Assembly (NCBI RefSeq): GCF_009914755.1
Contig: NC_060928.1
Length of the DNA: 64,000 bases
DNA from: the human T2T-CHM13v2.0 reference genome, Homo sapiens
Strand: one strand, 5' to 3'
In this document: positions 43,288 to 56,414 of the stretch, one piece after another
How positions within the stretch are numbered: the first letter of the stretch is position 1
Layout of the letters: each line of letters starts with the position of its first letter
Position numbers and translations under genes: made by a program
Notes under the pieces: generated by a model
The model's database searches: none
What the model was told of the DNA's origin: nothing
The model's input: only the letters and a program-made list of their open reading frames with translations

Positions 43288-43474
43288 AAGATAGCCAGAT
43301 TTAGTAAAGAAAAAAATTCAAGATGTAAAGTTAGATTTGATTTTCCAATAAATAACATTTTTTAGCATAAGTATGGCCCAAATATTGCATGGGACAAAGT
43401 ATACTAAAAATCCATAATTGTTTATATAAAATTCAAATATATCTGGAGAGCCCATATTTTATCTGGCAACCCTA
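43288..43474. mobile_element. MER53 palindromic MITE
   Basis: GCCAGATTTAGTAAA...TAGCATAAGTATGGCCCAAATATTGCATGGGACA...TTTTATCTGGCAACCCTA follows the MER53 consensus. Confidence 0.85.
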
Positions 43475-45856
43475 CATGGGGTGAAGAGCTGAAGATGAGA
43501 TATTTTAACACAGATCTGCCTTTTAACCTGTTTTTAGTGGTAGGAGTTGGGGGAGTGCACATCAGCTCTCATAATTTCCTCTTGCTTGCATCTAAGGAAA
43601 TTCATGCTGTGCCATAGTCACACAAATCCAGTCCTATTTGTCATTGGGCCATTGGGTCTATTCCAGGTGTCAGTGTATGAGGCCCGTCTGTGCCTTCTCT
43701 GACATTTAGTACTGAGAGGTTATGGGGTTCAAAACTCACTGAAATTACATACTGAGTTGATTGAAGGAAGATGACCAGAGTCCAGGACTCAATCCCAGGC
43801 TGACATTATATACATTTTGTTACAAGGCAGTTTAATTCTTGAGCCAGAGAAACACCTGACTTAAATATACCAAAGATAATACTTTTAAAAGTCTATTGTG
43901 ATTTTAAAAAGCCTATTATGATCAACAATGACTTCAATATAAGCTACTTCCATACAAATGGTGTTACTTGGAAAATTAAAAAAAATCATAGAAATCTTTG
44001 CACTGAACATTTAAAAAGCATTTAATAGATTTTTCCTTCAGTAGCATGGTGTACTTTTCAGTATAAGCAGATATGATTCCTGCATTTATTGCTTGACAAT
44101 ACACAAATTTCCTTTACACTTCAGCTATGATATTAGAAAAGAATGAAGAAGAAGAAGAAAAATCCCAGAAGCCTGAAATCTATGTTTCTGAGAGGTGAGA
44201 AACAGCAAACTGAGGAGGCTGGCAGTCAGGAGAGCCGGGATCAAATTGGCAACTATGGGAGTTTGAGTCTGTATTTTTGTTTTCTTTTCCTTTTCTTGTA
44301 TTTCCAAGAGAAGCACTACAAAAAGAATGTCTTTGGCTTGAGGAAATCCAGGCTGTTTTGCCTGGCTGGACCTTTTCTAGGATATAGGAAGTGGGAGAGG
44401 GAAAGAAGATAGATTAGGGAGAGCAGGAAGGAAAAAGAGAAGAGGAGGAAAAGAAAGAAGGCATGAATGGAGAGAACTGAAAATAGTGGAAGAAGGAAGA
44501 AAGAAAGGTGAGCAACAATAAATTACCTATGTTGGCTACATTAAAATATTGACAACTAGACCATTCCAGATTTCACCATCTTCATTCATTCTCGTTATCA
44601 CCATCATCCAGCCTTATTCTCAAGACTCCGCCAGATGCAGGACACTATGTGAGACGATACGCCATGGAGATCTTGGGCAAGAAGCTGAGTGGATGACCCC
44701 ACCATCACTTAGGTACGATCCACTTCCTCTTCGGTAGTGGAGCTTTATAGTATGTTTCTCAGGCTGACCATGTGGAGACAGAACTGGCCAGTTGCTGTTG
44801 CTGTTACCATGTAGAAACTGTCTTTCTCTGCCCCAGGCTAGGATCTCAAAGTTGACTTCAGTACTCTTTACAACATCACGGCTTAGTGACAGGAAAGCTT
44901 GCTTTCCAGCAGCTCCTGGCCTTTACTTATTTCTTTCACTCCCGCCAATTTATCTTTGCAGTCCTAGGGAATATTGCCAAGTCTCCTCTAGATGGGGGTA
45001 AGCACTGTAAATCCCTAATTCCCAAACTAATCTTATAGCAGGGGACATGTTCTGGGCAGCCTTCCCATTCAGCTAACACCACACGTCCTTTTTTTCTTCC
45101 TGAAGTGTGTTCTATATCCTGCATGCTTTCTTAATCCAAAAGTTAATTATCAAATTTACTGCATATTTTTTAAAAACCCAGAACACCTGAACCTGGGACA
45201 GCACACATTATTTTTGTTATATGAACTGAGAAATCAGCTTGTATTTTTATTTAACCAGCAGAGTTTCCCTAAAACTAGAGAGCATTTCAAACAGTGGGCT
45301 TAGTGTACCCAAAGACAAAAGAGTCCCTGTAGACCATTCAGAAAATGTAATGAACATGCACCAACCCTCAGTTATTCAGAAATAAATGACCCAGGGTGTT
45401 CCTTTTCCAGAATTTTCTTCTTTGTCTAAGTGTTTTACATTTGATCACTTTGCTCCTTGTTAGAGTACTTATCAGAAGAGCAGAAAAAAATAAGGTAATA
45501 TTCAAATCCCAGTATATCACCATATGATTCACCAGCCAGTATTTGTAAAAACAAAGAACAAATTTTTGTATAATTTGAACAAGAAATACATGTGAGACAA
45601 AAATAGAACATACTACAAAAATTTAAAAGGCTCCAAACATTTGGGGGCTTCTCAAAAATTACAATCTTAGAATCTTTGTGTATATGTATATTTTAATATT
45701 CTATGAAATTATTTTTATACTCTTTAAATATTTCTCATTTAAAAAATTGTGCTATTTATTAAACATAGTTGGCTATAAACCTTTATTGTTAAATAATGAA
45801 ATTAATGTCATAATGAATATTTTCTGACATCTTATAACAGAAATTTTAAAAATTTT

Positions 45857-45935
45857 CTACTACTACTACTACTACTACTACTAATGGAGATTAGGTATAT
45901 ATATGTATATGTGTTTGTGTGTGTGTGTGTGTGTA
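45857..45935. repeat. (CTA)n followed by (TA)n(TG)n microsatellites
   Basis: Directly visible and adjacent to an Alu tail. Confidence 0.9.
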
Positions 45936-46495
<560 letters not shown>

Positions 46496-49400
46496 TAATT
46501 ATGGTAGAGCAAGTCACTTCTCTGAAGATAATTGTTCAAAGAGAAAATGAAAATTACCCAAACTGACCTGATAGAATTACTTCTACTCTGCTCTCCTCAA
46601 CACAAGACAGTTTTTGGTGTGTCAGGTCAACCCTGCAGTGGGAGTTAAATACACATTTTGTTCTAATATTTCCTCAGTCATAATTTAACTGTCCAAACAC
46701 TTAAGCCACTGGAAACTCTTCCTATTGGCAGACTCTGTTAAGCTTCCTGGCTGCATTATTTCACCCTCATTTGCTTAGAGGACTCTCTCAGTGCCTATGT
46801 TCTATTCAGTCTTAGCACAGGAAGGCTGCAGGTGCTAGCCTTTTGCATCTTTTTTGTTTGTTTGTTTCATCCTCCATGGGGAATAGGCTAGAGAGAGCCA
46901 ACTAATTAAAGAATTCCATTGGGGAATATCTGGAGCCAGCAGCTGTGAAACAGCAGTCCAGCATTACACGTGCTCTCTCTCTGTCAGGGAAGGTCTAAAG
47001 GGTGTGGTGAGTGGCCACTTTTCCAGATGGTCTGCGTTCTGTGATGAGGCCATAGCTGTATGATGCCTCTGCTCTGAAGATGGGACATTTGGCCTTTGGA
47101 TAAATGTCATTCCCCAAACTTTGAGCCGACAAAACTAGTTTTACTGCATGGAATGTTTTTCTTATCTTCAGTTAGGCCAGAACAAAAAAGCCTTGATTAT
47201 ACTTTTCTAAGTAGCATTCACTTTACTGTCAGAGAAGTTGTTTTCAAATTCTAGAATTTTGAATACTGGTTTTACCTGTGTAAGTGAAATGGGGGGTGGT
47301 GGGGAAAAATATGACAACAGGATAGGAAAGAAAAAGAGAGAAGAATGTGTTAAAAAGAAAAAAAAAGTTGAGAAATATATATTGTTGTAATGTCACGGAA
47401 CTTTATATACTGAATGACAGACATGCTGCTTTTTTTCTGCTCTTGAATCAGTCCATCTGTGTCACCCTTAAAATTCTTCAGGGATCCTAAGACAGGACAT
47501 TAATCTGAGACATTGTTTGAACTTCTGAAATCCTGTGCTCATGCTCATTAGTCCTTCTGATTGGCCAGGATTTGTCATCAGAATGGTCCTAGAAAATGTC
47601 TCTGATATTGGTCTGGAATCTATTGTCTTTATCAGCAGAAAGCAATCCCCATATATCTGTGGGTGATAAAATGCCTTATCATATAATCCTTATATTCAAG
47701 TTCCAGTATATATGATACATTATGTAGATCATATTATCCCATCCCCAAACTGCTTTACTCATTCAATAAATATTTTTTGAATACTTACCAAGTGTCACAT
47801 GCTGTGTGGGGAACATAATAATGAGACTTATTAGGATTATTCAATAAAAAGTGTTCTTTTTAACTTCTAGCAAGATCTTTCCCTTTTCAAGTTCCTGTGT
47901 ATTCTGACTAGATTATGTGTATTTTATACTATTTTCAGGTGATTTTTATTTAGGATGTAGCTTATTTGACCCACAACTAGATTTTAATGTCATCACAATG
48001 CTTAACATATTTTGAGGCACATAGGAGATTTTTTTTAAAAAAACAGTATCAACTAGAGAAAAATTCGTTAAAAATAGGTTTATATAAAAAGTTTAAACAA
48101 GAAGGAAATGAAACAATTTCTACATCATAGAAACATATCTATAGTGTTGAGTCAAAATTAGCAATATTTTGGTTATTGTCTTAAAACTGAGCACATTATA
48201 AATATTTGTCAGAGAAAGTCAGACACAGAGAAACAGTAAAAATTTCCTAAGCATCTTTTTTCATTTACTCTTCATTAACAGAGATTGGAAAGGGTTTTTT
48301 GGGGGATAGTTATGTCACCTATTCTAAGATTATGTCTGTGTTTTTATGGTGCCAAACATTTGGATTGAAATGAGAAATGGCACAGGTTTCTTGATTGTTC
48401 ATTTGGGTAAACTATCATGGACTAGACTTTTTTCCCTCTTTATATGACAGGCCTCAGGTTACAGCTAACCTAAAAATACCATGGGAATGGTAGGAATTGG
48501 AGGGGCTTCTTATGAAAACACACTGTTAGAGTGGGCCCTCTTGAACCTTTGTGAGAAGAGGAAAGAAGAGTATTTTTTTAGTTAGAAAAATAAAGCATGA
48601 AGTTATAATCTAGTTTCTTCATATACAGCCCTTCAGGCAATAGAAGAAAACAGTTTCACTTGAGTCACTTTAATAAAATACTGAACTATATATTTTGTTT
48701 CTAAACATCGTGTTCTTTTGGAAAACATGCTGTAAAGTTTCTATGCAATGGAAATTTCATTGTGATAGTAACTTTGCCAAACTTCTGGAAAGTAACATAC
48801 ACATAAAACTCTTTATTGCTGCCAAATTCTCCTGTTGAACTGGGAAAAAATAAAATATTGCAAGTAAAATGTCTGCTAGATTATAACATATATGTTCTAC
48901 ACTTGCAAGACTGCATTTAACTTCCACCAGGCAGTAAATATTATGCACTCTCACTTACTTAATATTGGCTGGCATTTTGAGTTTAAAAAAAATTTCAGGG
49001 CTCCTAAACGGAAGATTTTTTAAATAAACTGTGCTCCTCAGAATATGACAAGATTTTCCTAGGAAATCTGTGGGTGTTATATGAGTTAATTTTTTTCTCT
49101 AATGAAATATTTTTACATGGTCCATTAACAGGATTCGAAGTGATTAATTTTTTCTTTGTACTTTTCCAGGTAGATCTTTTAGTGGAAAACTTGGGGCAGT
49201 GAAATTGCCAAAGCATTAAGAAAAACAAAAGGAAGCAAAAAGAAGGGAAAGATACAGGCCTGTTTAATTTTCAAATTTAATAATAGTCTATGGATAATTG
49301 AGAGTTGGCAGATATAATGTTTCTAGTCAAGTCCTGCCACCTAAAGAGAAGTATTTCATATATGAGCCTTGTACAAATCACTGGCAAACACTGTCCAGGG

Positions 49401-51555
49401 ATGCTGTATGGAATTCATCTCTTCCCTGGATTTCAAAAGTACATAAATCCACAATGTTTTGAATGGCTATGTTTATATTTCATTTCCCTTCTTTTTTCTT
49501 TTTGGAGGAAAGTCAGTCAACCCTATCTTCATCCTTTGCTTCCACTCTTGGTAGAGTATGAGTCAGAGCAGAAATGTTCAATTAAATAATTATCTGTGAT
49601 CTCAGAATATATTTATTATAAGGTCTAAAGGAGAAAGCATAAAAAATCAGAACAAAGAAGCTAGAAGAGAAAACAGAACACATTATGGTGAATAATAAAT
49701 ACTGTTTTGCTCACTGGAAAGCCTTTAAATTACACCACTTCTATCTAATAATTGTTAACCATCATATTAGCCAAGCAAATTTTACACTCGTAGCATTGAT
49801 TTAACAAATAACATTATATATCTAGCTCCATGCAGATTGAGTCTGGTTGTCCTTATAGGACTTTAAACAAAACAGGCGTGGCAGTCGTACCTAATTGTGA
49901 GGTTATTTAAAGGAAAAAAGTCAATTCTGTGAATTGCTTTGCAATAACCGTTACGTATAGTAAAGAACTCAAAATGCTTGTTTAAAATATCTTATAAAAT
50001 CAATTGTCTTTATTGTTTTGTGTTTGTACAATAAAATTGTACTTCAAATAAGCCAAAGTTTGCTTACAATGTTCACACTGTGTGCATTCTGCATGTTATT
50101 CTTCTTCTTTTTGGTTGTTTTATGTTATATTTTCATGATCACTGAATAAAAAAGATAAAAATGTTTTTTAAAAAATTATGTATTTAAAGTCGTACAAGAA
50201 ATTAACTAAAATGTTATATTATGATCTTAATGCAACAATAATTAAATTGAAAGATATACCTGTCAATAAGGTTGTAATGCAAATAATGTATAATGCATAT
50301 TTAAATTTCCAACACAGGCACGTTTTTATGTTAACAATAAGTAAATTTTCTTTGCTTCAATGCAACAAAAACCTGGTGATATTCCATAAAACATTTGGAA
50401 AAAACATATTCAAAATATTTAAAATTGTAGTTATTTTATGTCTCTTTGTTGTTGCTGTTTAGAAGACAGATACTTTGGTTCTAAGTCTGATTTTCAAATC
50501 AGATTTCTTTGGTTAATAGCTAAATTAAACATCCTAATTTTATTTTCACAATGAGTTAAATGAAGAGATTTTTAGGGTTAGCCTTTATTTCCATGATTCT
50601 AACTGTCTGGAAATTTCTTCCCTTTGAAGAGGAATTAGCACTCTCGGTGTCTCCTTAAATGGTGGTTTGCTCTGAAGCATTTATGAGTTTTCCCTTCCAC
50701 ATACACTCATATTTGGTATTTTGGTTTTAATCTTCTCATTCCTTCAGGGTAGCATTTACTTGTAGACATTTTAAATTTCTATGATGCGATTTTTTTAAAG
50801 TGGAAAGATAAAATTTTATTTTTCAAAGAAGAATATAATTGCCTCTCTTATAGGCATTGAGAGAAACCACTGGTGCCAGAATCTGATTTGCAATTGGAGA
50901 AAGTGTATCCTACAACTCAACAAGACACTCACTGCATTGCCGTTCTATCTTTTAGTGTATAGGCCACCTCTAATGTCACTGTACTGGAAATGGCTTTTCA
51001 AGTAAATGTTGTGTGGTGTCCAGGTAGCTTCTCATAAAACAACCTGGAAAGCAGGAGGTACAATGCAGTGCACGGGCTTTCAGTCATCCCATGGTTAATC
51101 ACCAAGCTTATACATCAGTACCCTTACTTTTGGTATGCAACAATTTATTCAAAATATGTTTGATTAATTGTATATCCATCATTACTGGGAAGGTTGTGCA
51201 TAAAATACAATATGAATGTCACTGGCATAAAGCTACACTGTTACCAATTTGCATGAGTTTATAAATGTAGCTTTATACATCATTTAACAGTTTAATAATT
51301 TTGAAGAGGACTTTTATCAGAATTGTGTTAAATTAGGTAGTGCTAAAATCTAAAGAGTGATTACATATGAATATATACAAGTCATATAATAGTCAAAACA
51401 CATAGAATTTTCTTAGAGAATAAAAAAGGATACACTAAACCTTCAGGGAAAGAAAGCTGTGAACAACTGTGAAATCTTACAAGAAAGGTTAGAAGAAAAT
51501 CATATTTTATTTCTCTCACTTTGGATGCTATATAAATTATATGAGTGAATATTAG

Positions 51556-51918
<363 letters not shown>

Positions 51919-52869
51919 TGATCTAATCTTTTAAAAGGAGCAACCAGTTGGTAGGACAATTGAGAAAAACTGTGAATAATTAAGGCAATGTAAAAGTACT
52001 GAAATATTAGGCAAAATTCAAGCAAACAAGTTTCTTTAGTTAATTGGTATGAGTGGTTAGACCTCACAAAAAACAGATCCTATTTTCAACAAAGAAACCA
52101 TGACAAAAATAGCAGCAACACTCAGTACATCCTGTACAATTAAGCACATGTGCAAATTAACAGTAAAATTGCTGACAAAAAATGTATCATGTCTGTGTCA
52201 ATATCCAGTTTATTTCTGGAAATGACTAGGGGAAGACATAATTGATAAACTAAATGTCTGATATACAAACATATCATTTAAGATGTTTCTGCTTCTTGAT
52301 TTATTAGAAAGAATAACAACTAGGGGAGGAAAACACTAACCTTCCATTGTTTACAGTGGATTTAAAATTACACAGTAAGCGGACACAAAAGATGTTCTTG
52401 GAATACTCTGTTAAATAAATTTTCAATGAGAATTCCAGATGAGCCATGATGTTAAACAGATGTATTATTTTCTAGACTTCAAGTAAGAAGGAACAATAAT
52501 AATTGTTCGTGTATATACAGAATACTATCTTAATATTTATTGTTTTCTCAATAAAATATAGAGATAAAATACTGCTACAACACTATGTTTGAGATGAAGG
52601 GCTGGTTAGCAGCTTATTGAACTTTAAATTTTGAGTTTGTATTAAATTATTCGATTTAATAATTTTAAAATGTCACTTTCAGAATAACCTTGGAAAGGAT
52701 AACTTCTAATAAATTCTTTTATGAATCAGACTAAAAGCCAATCTTTGTCATGTCTATTAAATCTCTCTTTGAAATATGTGTAGTCTATAGGATTCTTTTT
52801 GTTTGACATTATTTCTGAATTGGCTAACTTGTACAGCAAATTACAACAATGCAATTTCTAAATAGAATG

Positions 52870-53022
52870 ACCATGGAAATATGGGTATCTCTTACAGATC
52901 TTGATTTCAATCCTTTGAATATACACACAGAAGTGATATTGCCGGATAATATGGTAGCTCTATTTTTAATTTTTTGAGGAACCCCCATACTGTATTCCAT
53001 AGTGGCTGCACTATTTTACAAC
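52870..53022 (-). mobile_element. L1MA/MB ORF2 3' fragment
   Basis: GGTAGCTCTATTTTTAATTTTTTGAGGAACCCCCATACTGTATTCCATAGTGGCTGCAC. Confidence 0.75.
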
Positions 53023-53109
53023 CATGAAAATATATAATAGCCTGATTTTCCTCAAGCTGTTCATTTTAAGGAATTGTCACATTTGCCCTTTCTTTGCTTT
53101 GAGGGGTTC

Positions 53110-53393
53110 CTATATCAGAGATCCAATGCTGGGGGGTATGAAAAGATGAATGTCTCAGCTAAAGAAGAGAGAGAGGAAATTTACCCTTCCTCTGTCTTTT
53201 TGTTCTATTTGGCCCCTCCATGGATTGAATAGTGCTCACCCACATGGGTGAGGGTAGGTCTTTACTCAGTCTACTGATCCTAATGTTGTCTCTTCTGGAA
53301 ATATTGTTACAGAAACACTTAGAAATAATGTTTCACCATTTATCTGGTCCTCCCTTACCACAATCAAGCTGACATATAAAATTAACCATCATA
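53110..53393 (-). mobile_element. MLT2 (ERVL) LTR, 5' part
   Basis: Ends TCAAGCTGACATATAAAATTAACCATCATA, the reverse of the MLT2 start. Confidence 0.8.
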
Positions 53394-55063
53394 TTCTTTT
53401 ACCTTTATGATGGCTGGAAGGGTTGGTTGATAGTTCTGTTGCAGCTTGTAGAAGGAAGTAGTTCTCTTCGGGCTTTTGTAACATATCTCTCCCTAAATGA
53501 CTTATTGTTTTCCCATGGGGTCAAATACTTCATTTTTATTGACAACTCTGAAAGCCCTGCCAAAACCTTGCCAATCTCATCACAGGGTAAAGAGGTTTTC
53601 CCTTTCTGGTTACCATTTTCTTTCTCTCTTTTTCTATGATGTCTCCTTTCCATACTGAACTGCCATTCAATGTCATGTCCCGTATCCTCTAGAAGCCCAT
53701 CTACCTTAACCTTACCATCTGCAATGCATGCCTATTGATTTTCTGTTTACTATGTTATCACCAGAGAAAATTTCTTAAGTGAGTTTTAGCATTGCACATG
53801 TGTGTTTATGTATTCATTTATTTGCTTTAAAAACTTTGGACAAATAAGTTACTAAATTGTTAATAACCAGTGTTTAGCTTTTCAAATCAAACAAAAATAA
53901 AATGAAGCCAATTACCTTGAAATATTAAGCAACATCTTAGAGTGAAATACAATTTGGCAAGTGGGAAGGCTTGAGGCCATCCCTTGCATGTCTAAGCTCA
54001 GTTATGCCACATGACTTGAGCTTTCACTGTACATATCAACATAATTGGAATAAGAGAACAAATCATTCTTAAAACTTTTTAGTACATCCAAACAAATTTA
54101 TGCCTTTAGGAAAGGATACAAGTTACTTTAAAAGCACATTTATTTTGAGACCCAATTCACAAGGCAATTTATTTCTTTCCAGCAGAAACAGAAAGTGGCC
54201 TTCTTGATTTATTTCTCTTTCTGTTGATTTTTGTGACTTACAAAAATACATATACTTCTAAAAATCAGAAATTATTGCCAAATAATTAAACTGTGACTGA
54301 TAGAGGAATGGTGTTGCTGTGATGCATGAGAAGTAAAATACACGATTGTTGACTTTGAAGAACTCATAATTTGTTATGATGATAAAACTTAATAGTAATA
54401 CAGGAAGAATTCATTACAAGTGTGTATAATCAAAGAGTAGGAAAACAAAGCAAAGGAAATTATTTTGATATTGTTTGTTTCATTTTCATCATTGGGTTAA
54501 AAAAAAGTTACCTAAAATTAAGGCTTTACTGGTTGGTTATTCAACTCCTCATTTTGCTTCATTGTCTTCAGTGATACATCCAAGGATGTTGTGGATTAGC
54601 TGGAATATGCCATCTCTGGGTGATGTGGTTCTGTCGTGTTATGTGATTAGAAAATGCCTTACACTTTTTCCATCTCCTGAGGTTGTTCATATTAACCTAG
54701 AATGATAGCCCTCCATGTGTCACACCTTAGTTGCCACGAGCATTTTTAGATTTTATTTGGTGTTTCTGCCTAACTGGACTACCTACTCTAGTCACTAGGA
54801 AAAAATGATAGCAATTTCAGTTCAGTTCACTTAATCTTATGAAAGAAGAACTATTAAATCAAGACTTTATAAAAACAACCAAAGACTTAGTTGACCATGT
54901 GTGTATGTACCTTGTGGAATAAAATGTTTGTGGCTTACCACATAATTAATAAGCATAAATAATATTTAACCCAGATTTGTGCAGCTTGTATGGGTCGCTC
55001 CTTCATACTTTTTCAAATCGTGATTTGAGGCACCATTCTATAGATATTGGGAAGTCATTTGGG

Positions 55064-55090
55064 GTGTGTGTGTGTGTGTGTGTGTATGTG
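55064..55090. repeat. (TG)n microsatellite
   Basis: Directly visible. Confidence 0.9.
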
Positions 55091-56414
55091 TTCAGATTAT
55101 TTTCTGGAATGGTTACATGTTTTATGAATCCAAGTAATGTCTCTACCGGAGACCTTTCTTCTGGCCATGGAATAACTTCTCCAGGAAGCTTTGATATTCC
55201 CATATCATTCTACCACAAGCCTGAATATAGATAAGTCATTTAATTCCTCAAGCAAAACAAACACTCAAACAAACAAACAAACAAACAATGTCCTAAAAGG
55301 AAATTTATGTCTTTATTTTTAAAAGAAGAAATGTAATATTTTTCTTGATTCTTAAAAAAAAATCAAAGCCCTGTCACAACTCTACTTTTCATAATATGCT
55401 TCTCATACATACTAGACAAAGCTACAAAATAGTACAGGTATTTATTATCAATTATTCCATTACTAGAGTATTGCTAAAATCTTTTATCAGATCTCTTTAG
55501 CAGAACTGATTTTACGTTGGTTTTGCCTAGGTAATTTGATTCTCTTTTCTCCTTATTCTTTGATATCTCTGATTCTCCTTTGGTTTCTGGAATTCCATGC
55601 TGATCCATGCGGAGCTGGTTACTTTCATAAATGAATACCAATTGATAAATAAGAAACTTACCAGTTGCTCAAATTTCAGTCTTTAAGATAAAGAGATAAC
55701 ACAAAATATACTCATTTATGTTGCTATTTCTTCTTTACACACTGAATACAGCCAATACTACAGAAGAGCTGATACAACTCCTCTCAGGAGTCAAGAAAAA
55801 GAGGAGAAAAAGGGAAAGCCATCAAATTCATTGGCTTGTGATATTTAAAAAGTTTCAGAAAGTAAAAATCTATTCAGAGGACCTCATTTTGTGATGACTT
55901 CTTGGACAATGACATCTATTTTTATTGTCAGCCTGTGTGGTCTTACTCTCTGCCATGCTATAGTCATTAGACAGGGCCAACAATAATATCTGTCAATAGT
56001 AGCCTTGAATACAGGACTTGGCAGTTAATGATCTTTTATGTTAATTAAAGCCAAATTAACTTTTGCAAAGTAATTTGCAAATTTCAAATTTTATTTGTCA
56101 TATTGGGATAAAAGTCTCCATTTATGTATTTTGAACTGAGTATGTAATATTGGAAAGACTACAGATTTTCTTCTTCTTTTTTTAAATTTTATTTAATTTT
56201 ATTTTAAGTTCCAGGATACATGTGCAGGACATGCAGGCTTGTTACACAGGTAGACACGCGCCATGGTGGTTTGCTGCACCTGTCAACCCATCACCTAGGT
56301 ATTAAGCCCCACATGCATCCATCAGCTGTTTATCCTGATGCTCTCCCTCCGCCTGACCCCAGACAGGCCCCAGTGTGTGTTGTTCCCCTCCATGTGTCCA
56401 CGTGTTCTTATTGT

